Shown here piece after piece: positions 32,651-40,076 of a DNA stretch of 44,812 nucleotides. The stretch's first letter is position 1. Every line of letters begins with the position of its first letter. The notes under the pieces were generated by a model. It was not told where the DNA came from and made no database searches. It saw only the letters and a program-made list of their open reading frames with translations. The DNA lies in the IMG/VR virus record IMGVR_UViG_3300045988_116818, positions 1 through 44,812 of that record; one strand, 5' to 3'. This DNA comes from a virus. The translations under genes and the position numbers were made by a program.

Positions 32651-35169
32651 TGGCACAGACATTAGGCAGTGTTGCGGCGGGGACTGTTGTCAAACTCAAC
32701 GAGAACAACAGCCCGGTTAATTACATCGTGGTGCATCAGGGTCTCCCCAGTTCTCTGTATGACGCCAGTTGTAGCGGGACGTGGTTAGTACGGCAGAGTA
32801 TCGCAGAGAACAGAATTTGGAAAAGTACCAATATAAGTACTTACGGAAATTCGGATATCAACACTTATTTAAATGGGACCTGGCTTGAGCGCTACGATAC
32901 CAACATCCGAAATGCTATCAAGACAGTGAAGATTCCGTATTGCGCGGATGTTACTGATAGAACCATCAACAGCGGTGCCAATGGACTGTCATGCAAGGTT
33001 TTCTTGCTGTCCTGTTATGAAGTTGGCTGGACCAAGGATATGAATTCCGGCATGGTGGAAGATGGTGCAAAGTTGGATTACTTCGTGCTAGGCACAAGTA
33101 CTGAGGCAGAAAACAAACGAATTGCGACGCTGAATGGCAGTGCTGCAGACTGGTGGCTCCGCTCACCGTATTTAATCAACACCTATACTGTGTATGGTGT
33201 ATATTTCAACGGTCAAGGGATGCCAAAGTCTCCAACCCAGTCCAATGGTGTCCGCCCCGCTATCATCATGGACGGAGCGACAACCTATGTTCTCGACGAC
33301 GGAACAATCACATTGAGCCAGCCACCTACAGCCCCCGGCAGTATTACCGTACCCCCAGTAGCGGCCGGACAGCAGGCAGCCATCACATGGATGGCGGCCA
33401 CGGACCCGGACGGGACCATCGCCAGCTACACCCTGGAGCGGAGCGTCAACGGTTCAGGGTGGACGCAGATTTTCAGCGGCAGCGCCCTGACCTATACGGA
33501 CACCATTGGCAGCGATTGGGCCACGATTGCCTACCGGGTATGCGCGGTGGACAACTACGGCGTGTCCGGTCCTTATACCTTGAGTGAGACGCAGACGGTG
33601 CAGGATGGGATTCTATATATCTCCGGACCAGCAAGCTCTATAGGCGGCAAGACGGCGCCCTTTGCGTTTACAGTGAGCACGGGCGTGTCGGGGGACACTC
33701 AGATCGTCAATGTCAATCTGGAGATATCTCTGGACGGAAGCCAGCTCTACAGCGGCACGGTTTCCACAGGGCAGGAGGTGTCTGTTACGATAGACACCCG
33801 CGTGATCGGCGGCGGCAATCACGCTATTGAGGCCAGCGCCAGCGCGGAGGACTACATCGAGGCCAATGAGAGCTACACCTTCACAACGCCGTCGATTGTT
33901 CTGCCCTCTGGGGGACTAGGGGTGCAGTTGCAGGATGACCAGGGGAGGCCGATGTTCCCGCAGTCTGTGGCAAGCCTGATCGCGGGGATGGACGGAAAGA
34001 GTATCGCCGGAAATTTGCAGGAGATGCTTTTCGCCGTTTCCAATGTATTTACAAAGGAACAGACCCTCCGTGAAGAGACGGCGGAGATGTATGGACTGAA
34101 CGAGACGGCGGTTCCGGATGATGTGTTTATCATTTTGGCATTGGGAGCCGGGAAATACGGCTATGGCATCACGGTCAAATACCCAGATGGGACACCGGCG
34201 GCGGGGCTGTCAGTAACCGGAGTAACAGGCCGGCTTGGTGAGGCCATCATCACAGATGAAAACGGTTATTTCCTGGCGGTTAGCGAAAACAACAAAATTT
34301 CTTTTTCCATCAAATCCCCCTATTTTGACATTGCAAACATCTCTAATCAGGCAGTAAACGCCGCTGGAGTCCTGACCAGGCAGACAGTGGAGTTTGCCTA
34401 TAAGACCTATGAGGACTATATACTGCTTACTACTTCCCAGGTTATGAAGTTCTCCAGGGCTTACAAATTAGACTTGACCGCTGTAGGAGGGGGCGGTGGA
34501 GGAGCAGCTGGTGTAAGCCAAGCTTCTGCTGGTGATTTTGGTGGCGGCGGAGGCGGAGGCTATGTAAACACTGTTTTAGATGTGCAAATAGATAAAGATG
34601 AAAGTTTGCAATTGAACATCGGTTCTGGTGGTACTGTAGGAACATTTTCTGGCTCTTCTGCACAAAAGTACTATGCGGGTAGTGGCGGATATACACAAGT
34701 TGTACGAAATAAAGATCAAAGTGTAATTGTAACCGCAACAGGAGGAAATGGGGGACAAGGATCATATAGAGAAAATAATACAAGTCTCAATTTTGCTTCT
34801 GGAAATGGTGTTGGTGGTGGCTATACATATCAAGGAGCACCAACATATGCTGGAAAAGGAGCATCCGGAACTGCTGGTACAGGTTTTATTTTTAATGATC
34901 AAAGCTTAGGGCTAGCAGGTGGCGGTGGTGGAGGATCAAGCAATCCAAATGATTATTCATCTTTTGCTGGAGGAACTCCACATGGAGCAACAGGAGGATA
35001 TGCTAGTGCTAGCTTTACTTTTGTTAATGCTGCATCACCAGGTGTTGGCGGCGGCGGTGGTGGAGGATTTTCCAATTCAAATGGAATAGCAAAAGGTTCA
35101 GCTGGTGGTAATGGAGGTTTATATCTTAGGTTAAAAAACGAAACAACAGCCAATATTGTTGAGGGATGA
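32650..35169 (+). CDS. Tail fibre/receptor-binding protein (N-terminal WWLRSP-motif domain, FN3, Ig-like repeats, C-terminal glycine-rich domain)
   Basis: 839 aa. The N-terminal domain carries FLLSCYEVGW...ADWWLRSP...GVRPAIIM. An FN3-like segment reads PTAPGSITV...ITWMAATDPDGTIASYTLERS...YRVCAVDNYG. The C-terminus has poly-Gly blocks GGGGGGAAG and GGGGGGGY. Confidence 0.8.
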   Translation: MAQTLGSVAAGTVVKLNENNSPVNYIVVHQGLPSSLYDASCSGTWLVRQSIAENRIWKSTNISTYGNSDINTYLNGTWLERYDTNIRNAIKTVKIPYCADVTDRTINSGANGLSCKVFLLSCYEVGWTKDMNSGMVEDGAKLDYFVLGTSTEAENKRIATLNGSAADWWLRSPYLINTYTVYGVYFNGQGMPKSPTQSNGVRPAIIMDGATTYVLDDGTITLSQPPTAPGSITVPPVAAGQQAAITWMAATDPDGTIASYTLERSVNGSGWTQIFSGSALTYTDTIGSDWATIAYRVCAVDNYGVSGPYTLSETQTVQDGILYISGPASSIGGKTAPFAFTVSTGVSGDTQIVNVNLEISLDGSQLYSGTVSTGQEVSVTIDTRVIGGGNHAIEASASAEDYIEANESYTFTTPSIVLPSGGLGVQLQDDQGRPMFPQSVASLIAGMDGKSIAGNLQEMLFAVSNVFTKEQTLREETAEMYGLNETAVPDDVFIILALGAGKYGYGITVKYPDGTPAAGLSVTGVTGRLGEAIITDENGYFLAVSENNKISFSIKSPYFDIANISNQAVNAAGVLTRQTVEFAYKTYEDYILLTTSQVMKFSRAYKLDLTAVGGGGGGAAGVSQASAGDFGGGGGGGYVNTVLDVQIDKDESLQLNIGSGGTVGTFSGSSAQKYYAGSGGYTQVVRNKDQSVIVTATGGNGGQGSYRENNTSLNFASGNGVGGGYTYQGAPTYAGKGASGTAGTGFIFNDQSLGLAGGGGGGSSNPNDYSSFAGGTPHGATGGYASASFTFVNAASPGVGGGGGGGFSNSNGIAKGSAGGNGGLYLRLKNETTANIVEG

Positions 35170-35171
35170 AA

Positions 35172-35405
35172 ATGAACTATTGCATTTTGAACGACAAAAA
35201 GACTATCGAAAACATGATTGTCTGTGAGAATGATGCCACGGCGGAGCTGTTTGGCGCGGTTCCTGCCTATGAGGGGGCAAGGATTGGAGACCCATACGCC
35301 CCGCCTTCCCCTGCGCCTCCGGAACCGACAGCGGAGGATATTACCCTGGATATGCTGGCAGACCACGAGGAACGCCTGTGTATGCTGGAACTCACCGCCC
35401 TATGA
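35172..35405 (+). CDS. Hypothetical protein after the fibre gene (XkdW position)
   Basis: ORF directly follows the fibre stop. An alternative ATG exists at 35166. Confidence 0.55.
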   Translation: MNYCILNDKKTIENMIVCENDATAELFGAVPAYEGARIGDPYAPPSPAPPEPTAEDITLDMLADHEERLCMLELTAL

Positions 35406-35423
35406 TGTGAAAGGAGAACCCCT

Positions 35424-35579
35424 ATGTCTACTGTGTACAATCTTTGCAAGCTGCTGATTGACCGAGGCCGGACGGAAGGCCTGCAGGAGAAGATGGATGT
35501 GTATCTGGCGGCGGACAGGCTGACCCCGGAGGAGTACAGCGCCCTCAGTGAAATGCTAACTGCGGAGGCGGCTGAGTAA
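35424..35579 (+). CDS. XkdX-family small protein (51 aa; below the track cutoff)
   Basis: Manual translation MSTVYNLCKLLIDRGRTEGLQEKMDVYLAADRLTPEEYSALSEML fits the XkdX pattern. AAGGAGAA RBS. Confidence 0.65.
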   Translation: MSTVYNLCKLLIDRGRTEGLQEKMDVYLAADRLTPEEYSALSEMLTAEAAE

Positions 35580-35592
35580 GGAGGTCCGCGTA

Positions 35593-35901
35593 TTGAACAC
35601 GGAGATCATTTGCGCCCTGATTGCGGGCGGGGCTTCGGTGCTGGCGGCACTGGCGGAGCGGCGCAGCCGGCAGAGCGCCAAGCGGACAGAGGCACGGGCC
35701 CAGCGCCGGGAGAAGGAGAGCCGCCTTGCCATGGAGCTGATGTACGCGAATTGCGCGCTCTCCCTCACCACTGCCAAGAAGCTGGCGGGGATGCATACCA
35801 ACGGCGATGTGGAAGAGGCCATGGAGGCAGCGCGCAGCGCGCAGGAGGCTTATGTGGATTTTGTCAGAGATGAGGCGGCCCGCAACATCAGCAAGGTCTG
35901 A
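35593..35901 (+). CDS. N-terminally anchored coiled-coil protein, possibly holin-like (BhlA/UviB-type topology), TTG start
   Basis: AAGGAGGT lies 8 nt upstream of TTG. A TM segment IICALIAGGASVLAALA is followed by a charged helical region. Confidence 0.45.
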   Translation: MNTEIICALIAGGASVLAALAERRSRQSAKRTEARAQRREKESRLAMELMYANCALSLTTAKKLAGMHTNGDVEEAMEAARSAQEAYVDFVRDEAARNISKV

Positions 35902-36117
35902 CGCCAGGCGCCGCGAAAAAGAACGGCGCCCTCTCCAGTAAGAGGACGCCGCCGTGCCCGCAGTCACCACATATGAAACATCCGCTTGGTTGAGAGACAA
36001 AACGTTTCAGAAAAAAGAAAGGAAAAAACGCGGGCACAGCTTCACCTTATCACGTTTGATAGGATTTGACCAGTCAAAAACCGGCACAGCCGGAAATTTA
36101 GAAAGGAAGTATCTATC

Positions 36118-36708
36118 ATGAACAAGACCATCAACGAGATCATTAACAATTACACCAGTGGCAAGACTCCCGTGGGGGACACCAACAAGGCACTGAAAGA
36201 GGCCGGTGCTGGATTTTCCTTTCAGCCTGGAAAGAATGCCCTGACGGCTGAGGAGATCGCCGCCACCAAGGTCGGCGCCCGGCCCGGCGACGTGACCGGC
36301 TATGGCCTGATGTCCAGCGGCACCGGTACGATGGACAAGGTACATGTCGTAAAGGGAAAGCTGCAGGGCGGCGCTATCAACATGGTTGGCTCCGATGGTA
36401 TGCCTAATGAATGCGATATTGTCTATATTGGCGGTCAGGTGTGGCAGGTGTACGGTGACGAGCTGGGCAACCTTGCGCCTGAGAAAGCTCCCTGGTGGGC
36501 CTCCATGCACACCTTCACCGGCGCTGTCGCGTGGCAGGAGGAGATCGACAAGTACATCCCCGAACAGGATATGGTGTACAACCGGCCCAAGTATCACGGC
36601 CAGGAAGTGGTGAAGGGCGCTCTGCGGTACATCTACGCTGAGGACGGCTCCTGCAAGTATCAGCCCAAGTCTATGGCGGATTACGACAAGGACCACGGCA
36701 GGAACTAA
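36118..36708 (+). CDS. Hypothetical protein between the tail and lysis modules
   Basis: 196-aa ORF with a GAAAGGAAG RBS. The overlapping 296-aa minus-strand ORF is judged a shadow. Confidence 0.6.
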   Translation: MNKTINEIINNYTSGKTPVGDTNKALKEAGAGFSFQPGKNALTAEEIAATKVGARPGDVTGYGLMSSGTGTMDKVHVVKGKLQGGAINMVGSDGMPNECDIVYIGGQVWQVYGDELGNLAPEKAPWWASMHTFTGAVAWQEEIDKYIPEQDMVYNRPKYHGQEVVKGALRYIYAEDGSCKYQPKSMADYDKDHGRN

Positions 36709-36715
36709 TTGAAAA

Positions 36716-36733
36716 GCCGCCCATCCAGGCGGC
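36716..36733 (-). terminator. Hairpin GCCGCC-catcca-GGCGGC with a U-tract only on the minus strand
   Basis: The minus strand reads GCCGCCtggatgGGCGGC followed by TTTTC. This is a possible distal stop for the antisense RNA from 37023-37050. Confidence 0.4.
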
Positions 36734-36738
36734 GAAGA

Positions 36739-36767
36739 TTGACACAAAGCGGCGCTTTTGGTAGAAT
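36739..36767 (+). promoter_or_regulatory. Near-consensus promoter TTGACA-17-TAGAAT driving the peptide mRNA/leader
   Basis: TTGACA at 36739-44, a 17-nt spacer, TAGAAT at 36762-67. Confidence 0.6.
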
Positions 36768-36844
36768 AAACCTGCCCTGAAAAGGGCCCTGGGCGCTGTT
36801 GTATACGGCGGTTAGCTACTCCCCCAAGAAAGGGGGTGAGGCCG

Positions 36845-36919
36845 ATGGGACATGGGCGCTGGATGAAAGTCTGGCGGTTCCTGGTGTGTTTACTCATAGT
36901 CCTTTGGATTATGATTTAA
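36845..36919 (+). CDS. 24-aa hydrophobic peptide, candidate type I toxin
   Basis: Manual translation: MGHGRWMKVWRFLVCLLIVLWIMI. The SD-like GAAAGGGGGTGAG lies 9 nt upstream, and its GGGGG (36831-35) can pair with CCCCC (36821-25). Confidence 0.4.
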   Translation: MGHGRWMKVWRFLVCLLIVLWIMI

Positions 36920-36924
36920 TATCC

Positions 36925-37016
36925 CCAAAAGCGTGTTAGCCGCTCGGATGGTCCCCGAACGGCTAACGTGAGTTAGTTATGCAGAGGGGCTAACCGTCAA
37001 ACAACAGCGCCCTTGT
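36925..37016 (-). ncRNA. Candidate antisense (antitoxin-like) sRNA convergent with the peptide mRNA
   Basis: Predicted from the minus-strand promoter 37050-37023 and the hairpin 36932-36970, which is followed on the minus strand by CTTTTGGGG. Confidence 0.4.
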
Positions 37017-37022
37017 ACATTC

Positions 37023-37050
37023 ATTATACCAAATCAAGCCGCTTTGTCAA
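37023..37050 (-). promoter_or_regulatory. Consensus extended -10 promoter on the minus strand (TTGACA-16-TGgTATAAT)
   Basis: The minus strand reads TTGACA (37050-45), aagcggcttgatttgg, then TATAAT (37028-23) with TG at -15/-14. Confidence 0.6.
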
Positions 37051-37069
37051 GCACGACAGGGCGGCTTTT
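37036..37069 (+). terminator. Plus-strand-specific intrinsic terminator just upstream of the holin RBS
   Basis: AAGCCGCTTTGTC-aagcac-GACAGGGCGGCTT forms a 13-bp stem, including 2 U-G pairs that would be mismatches on the minus strand. TTTT follows. Confidence 0.55.
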
Positions 37070-37092
37070 GTGCTGCCCGGAAAGGAAAACAC

Positions 37093-37296
37093 ATGGAGCT
37101 TTTGAAGAAACGGCTGTCAAACCTGCTGGCCGTCAAGAGCATTGTCACGGTAATTCTCACGGCGGTGTTCGCCTACCTGACCTGTACCGACGGCGTGACG
37201 GCAGAGCAGTTCCTCACCGTATTCACCGTGGTGATCGCATTCTACTTCGGTACCCAGGCCGAAAAGCGCAACTCCGGGAGTGATGGAAATGCCTGA
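37093..37296 (+). CDS. Holin (two-TM)
   Basis: 67 aa with two hydrophobic helices (VKSIVTVILTAVFAYL, FLTVFTVVIAFYFG) and a charged C-terminus. It overlaps the endolysin start. Confidence 0.8.
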   Translation: MELLKKRLSNLLAVKSIVTVILTAVFAYLTCTDGVTAEQFLTVFTVVIAFYFGTQAEKRNSGSDGNA

Positions 37297-38632
37297 CCAT
37301 CTGGCGGTAACAATCCCCCTGAAAGATATCCAGCGCATCCAGCTCTACATCAACACCGCTCGCCGGTCTCTCTCTCAAATTCAGAGGGAGACCGGGGCGG
37401 ATTACATCCTCAACGGCACGCTCTACAACATGAGCACGTTTGTACCTAATTGCCACTTGAAAGCAGATGGGAAGGTACTCTGCAAACCGGCTTACACAGT
37501 CTCCGGCTACTCCTGGAATGATGGGCCGGACATTTCTATGGACACGCTGCCAGACGCCTCTCAGCGCAATTATATCACTTGCACACCGCTGATTGTTTCC
37601 GGAAAGCCAGTCTCCAAATTGATCTATGACGTGGGGCAGGGCGGCAAACGGGGACGCTCTGCCATTGGCGTCAAGGGCGGCTCTCTGGCCCTGTACTGTA
37701 CGAGGGACGGAGGGAGTATGACCCGGACGCCGGAATCGCTCAGGGACGATCTGACAGCGGCAGGATGGGATTCCGCGGTTATGCTGGATGGCGGCGGCTC
37801 CAGCCAGTGTTATTTCAAGGGCGCGGTCATCCAGAGCAGCAGAGCCGTGCATGATTTGATTCTGGTCTATCTCAAGAAAGGGGAGACAACTGTGGAAAAG
37901 AAGAAGGTGGTCCTGGACCCGGGCCATGACGCGGGAAACCTCGCCAACAAAAGCCCGGACGGAACCTATTATGAGCATGAGTTTGCCCTGGACATGGGGA
38001 AACGCATTCAGAGCATCCTGGAGCGGCATAGCGTTGCTGCCACCATGACCAGGACTGGCGGCGGGGAAGTCAGCCTTGCGCAGCGGTGTACGATTGCAAA
38101 CGCCATCAAAGACCTGGATTTGTTCGTGAGCCTGCACAGCAACGCCGCTGGAAATGGAGGCTGGTCCTCTGCCTCCGGTTGGAGCGCATATGTCTACAAG
38201 ACCAGCGGGAGCGGCTATAAGGCGGCAAAGGATATCCTGGAGGCCGTCAAAGACGCCGGAATTACTGTCAGGTCTACACCGATTGTGGCGGACTCGTCGC
38301 TGTATGTCTTGAAAGGCACCGTGGCTCCGGCTGTTCTGATCGAGCATGGCTTCCACACCAATCAAACAGACACCGCAAACCTCAAAAACTCCGCATACCG
38401 GCAAAAACTGGCAGAAGCGGAAGCAAAGGGCATCCTGAACTATTTGGGGATTGCCTGGAAGGAGGAAACTGTGGACAATCCTTCTGAAAGTGATCTGGCG
38501 GTCCAGTGGGTGCAGGAGAACGGCATTATGCTGGGCAACACGAACGGCGACATGATGCTGGACCAGCCCGTTACCCGCAGACAGTTTGCCGTGATGCTGT
38601 ACAGGTATCATCAGAAATTCGGAAAAGCCTGA
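37280..38632 (+). CDS. Endolysin: phosphodiester-glycosidase (NAGPA)-like domain, Amidase_3 domain, SLH-like C-terminal wall-binding module
   Basis: The NAGPA-like region reads DYILNGTLYN...RGRSAIGVKGGSLALY...AVMLDGGGSSQ. The amidase region reads VVLDPGHDAGN...FVSLHSNA...LIEHGF. The C-terminus reads AVQWVQENGIMLGNTNGDMMLDQPVTRRQFAVMLYRY. Confidence 0.85.
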   Translation: MMEMPDHLAVTIPLKDIQRIQLYINTARRSLSQIQRETGADYILNGTLYNMSTFVPNCHLKADGKVLCKPAYTVSGYSWNDGPDISMDTLPDASQRNYITCTPLIVSGKPVSKLIYDVGQGGKRGRSAIGVKGGSLALYCTRDGGSMTRTPESLRDDLTAAGWDSAVMLDGGGSSQCYFKGAVIQSSRAVHDLILVYLKKGETTVEKKKVVLDPGHDAGNLANKSPDGTYYEHEFALDMGKRIQSILERHSVAATMTRTGGGEVSLAQRCTIANAIKDLDLFVSLHSNAAGNGGWSSASGWSAYVYKTSGSGYKAAKDILEAVKDAGITVRSTPIVADSSLYVLKGTVAPAVLIEHGFHTNQTDTANLKNSAYRQKLAEAEAKGILNYLGIAWKEETVDNPSESDLAVQWVQENGIMLGNTNGDMMLDQPVTRRQFAVMLYRYHQKFGKA

Positions 38633-38656
38633 ACACCTGAAAGGACATGAACCAAT

Positions 38657-38704
38657 GAGCGCAAGAGTGAAATTACCTCCGCCTCTGGATAAACTCTTGC
38701 GCTC
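38657..38704. repeat. Perfect 12-bp inverted repeat (gagcgcaagagt / actcttgcgctc) with a 24-nt spacer
   Basis: Read directly from the sequence. Lies between the endolysin stop and the att region. Confidence 0.9.
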
Positions 38705-38797
38705 TCAGTTTGAGAAGGCTATCTATGAATCCGCCCTGGACCAAGACCCGCTCCAGACAAGCTTGCTCGGTACTATGGGTTTGCCGTGAAACGGTGA

Positions 38798-38818
38798 AAT
38801 TTCACATGGAATTTCACA
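38798..38818 (+). promoter_or_regulatory. Left arm-type repeats AATTTCACA x2 (12-bp phasing), candidate integrase arm sites
   Basis: AATTTCACA at 38798-806 and 38810-818. The same 9-mer pair recurs at 39027-39047. Confidence 0.55.
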
Positions 38819-38867
38819 CAATGGCGTTAAAAGCCTATAATTCTAGTGATTTAATAAGAAAACTATA

Positions 38868-38894
38868 GGGGTTCAACTCCCCCCACCTCCACCA
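38868..38894 (+). other. attP core: mimic of the 3' end of a tmRNA (ssrA) or tRNA-Ala gene
   Basis: GGGG-TTCAACT-CCCC(C)-CACCTCC-A-CCA comprises a T arm, a 3' acceptor strand with the ..CTCCACCA alanine-type end, and an encoded CCA. No matching 5' half exists anywhere in the window. Confidence 0.65.
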
Positions 38895-38934
38895 AATCCC
38901 GGAACCTTGATTTTATATGGTTCCGGGATTTTTC
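38895..38934 (+). terminator. Rho-independent terminator following the tRNA/tmRNA-like 3' end
   Basis: AATCCCGGAACC-ttgattttatat-GGTTCCGGGATT forms a perfect 12-bp stem followed by TTTT. Confidence 0.8.
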
Positions 38935-39026
38935 CTACTCCTATAACGGTTTTTCCGCGATTAGCTTGAGTATAAATTGCACGAAAAAACTGTTGTTTAA
39001 TGATTGTGTGTAAAAAATAAACCTAG

Positions 39027-39047
39027 AATTTCACATAAAATTTCACA
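39027..39047 (+). promoter_or_regulatory. Right arm-type repeats AATTTCACA x2 (12-bp phasing)
   Basis: AATTTCACA at 39027-035 and 39039-047, in the same orientation as the left pair and adjacent to the int stop. Confidence 0.55.
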
Positions 39048-39059
39048 TGAAAAACCGGC

Positions 39060-40076
39060 TTACTCGTCCGGCAACAAGGTCTCTATATAATCCTCAATTT
39101 TTTTGTCATATTCTTTTTCTTTTTCCTTAATCGTATGTTGATAAGTAGTTTTTAACATATTGTTTGTGGCATGTCCCATGCGCTTCATGGAATATTTGTC
39201 AGGAACACCTACGGCAAGCATTGCAGAAGCATTCACATGGCGGAGATCGTGGAATCGGAAGTGTGAGAGACCTTGCTTGGCGCAGATGCGGGAAAAACCG
39301 CTATATATAGCTTTCCCGGATGCATTTATAATGTGATCTCCTTCGTGCGGATGTTTTCTGAATAGAATCTGGATATAATTTGGAAGATGTACCCGTCGTG
39401 TTCCACTGTATGTTTTTGTACCTTTTTCAATGGGACCATCCTCGCCCATTACAATAGCACGACGGATATTTAGATAATCGCCATCAATGTCTTTCCACTC
39501 TAAACCTAATATCTCAGATTGGCGCAGTCCAAGACAAATGGCCAGCATGATCGGGAGTTCATATTTTGTGCCTCTACAGCCTGCTATGATCGCTTTGAGT
39601 TCTTCTTCCGATGGGATTTGAATTTCGTGTTTAATTTTTGCAGGCAGAGTAGTTCTAAGAGCCATTGACGGACGATACTCTTTAAGGACTGCACTTAGAA
39701 GCCCATGAGCGTTTTGTATGGTTTTTGGCGCTTTAGATTTTGACAGTTTGTTGACCCAGCGTTGGACCTTTTCCTGCGTTAAATCGTTTAGGTTTGTTTT
39801 TTCAATATCCCCCAACATCGACTGTAGAGTTCTATACCCTTTGATTGTAGATGGAGACAAAATGGAGGACTTGCTTTCAATGTAACGATCAACAGCAGCG
39901 GTAAGTGTTAAAGATGTCGGGTCACGGTTATCTTCAATGGCTTTTGTTTTCAACCCCGCAGCCCAATATGCTGCTTCTTCCTTCGTATGAAAGGTTTTAT
40001 TGCTCCTCTTTCCGTCAACCATGATTTGGACATACCATTTTCCAGACGGAAGTTTCTTTGGCTCTGGTATTCGCAT
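39060..40076 (-). CDS. int: Tyrosine recombinase/phage integrase
   Basis: An N-terminal SAM-like domain (KKLPSGKWYVQIMVDGKR). The catalytic region has LRQSEILGLEW..., HDLRH, MGHAT and a Y in LKTTYQH. GGAGG RBS precedes ATG 40076. Confidence 0.92.
   Translation of the reverse strand: MRIPEPKKLPSGKWYVQIMVDGKRSNKTFHTKEEAAYWAAGLKTKAIEDNRDPTSLTLTAAVDRYIESKSSILSPSTIKGYRTLQSMLGDIEKTNLNDLTQEKVQRWVNKLSKSKAPKTIQNAHGLLSAVLKEYRPSMALRTTLPAKIKHEIQIPSEEELKAIIAGCRGTKYELPIMLAICLGLRQSEILGLEWKDIDGDYLNIRRAIVMGEDGPIEKGTKTYSGTRRVHLPNYIQILFRKHPHEGDHIINASGKAIYSGFSRICAKQGLSHFRFHDLRHVNASAMLAVGVPDKYSMKRMGHATNNMLKTTYQHTIKEKEKEYDKKIEDYIETLLPDE

Noticed and set aside
34480-35130. Collagen-like repeat in the fibre C-terminus.
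   Set aside because: The glycines occur as homopolymeric blocks (GGGGGG) separated by irregular segments. There is no sustained G-X-Y triplet periodicity.
32650-35169. Diversity-generating retroelement targeting the tail fibre tip.
   Set aside because: No reverse-transcriptase-like ORF exists anywhere in the window. I found no second copy (template repeat) of the fibre 3' end.
36007-36897. 296-aa minus-strand ORF covering 36118..36708 and the peptide locus.
   Set aside because: It has no RBS and an Arg/Pro/Gly-rich translation. It overlaps a plus-strand ORF that has an RBS and normal composition. It would run through the promoter and hairpins described at 36716-36900.
37223-38611. 462-aa minus-strand ORF opposite the endolysin.
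   Set aside because: It is a shadow ORF. The plus-strand product has three clearly recognisable lysin domains. The antisense translation is Arg/Pro/Gly-rich with no motif.
38655-38789. 44-aa ORF (MSARVKLPPPLDKLLRSQFEKAIYESALDQDPLQTSLLGTMGLP) after the endolysin.
   Set aside because: It has no clear RBS, and its 5' half is the perfect 12-bp inverted repeat at 38657-38704. A structural or regulatory DNA/RNA element is more likely than a gene. It could be a remnant.
38868-38894. Possible complete tmRNA or tRNA gene.
   Set aside because: Only the T arm, 3' acceptor strand and CCA are present. The sequence upstream (aaaactata) cannot form the fifth T-stem pair, and no complementary 5' acceptor (GGGGGTG) lies nearby. 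It is interpreted as an attP core rather than a gene.
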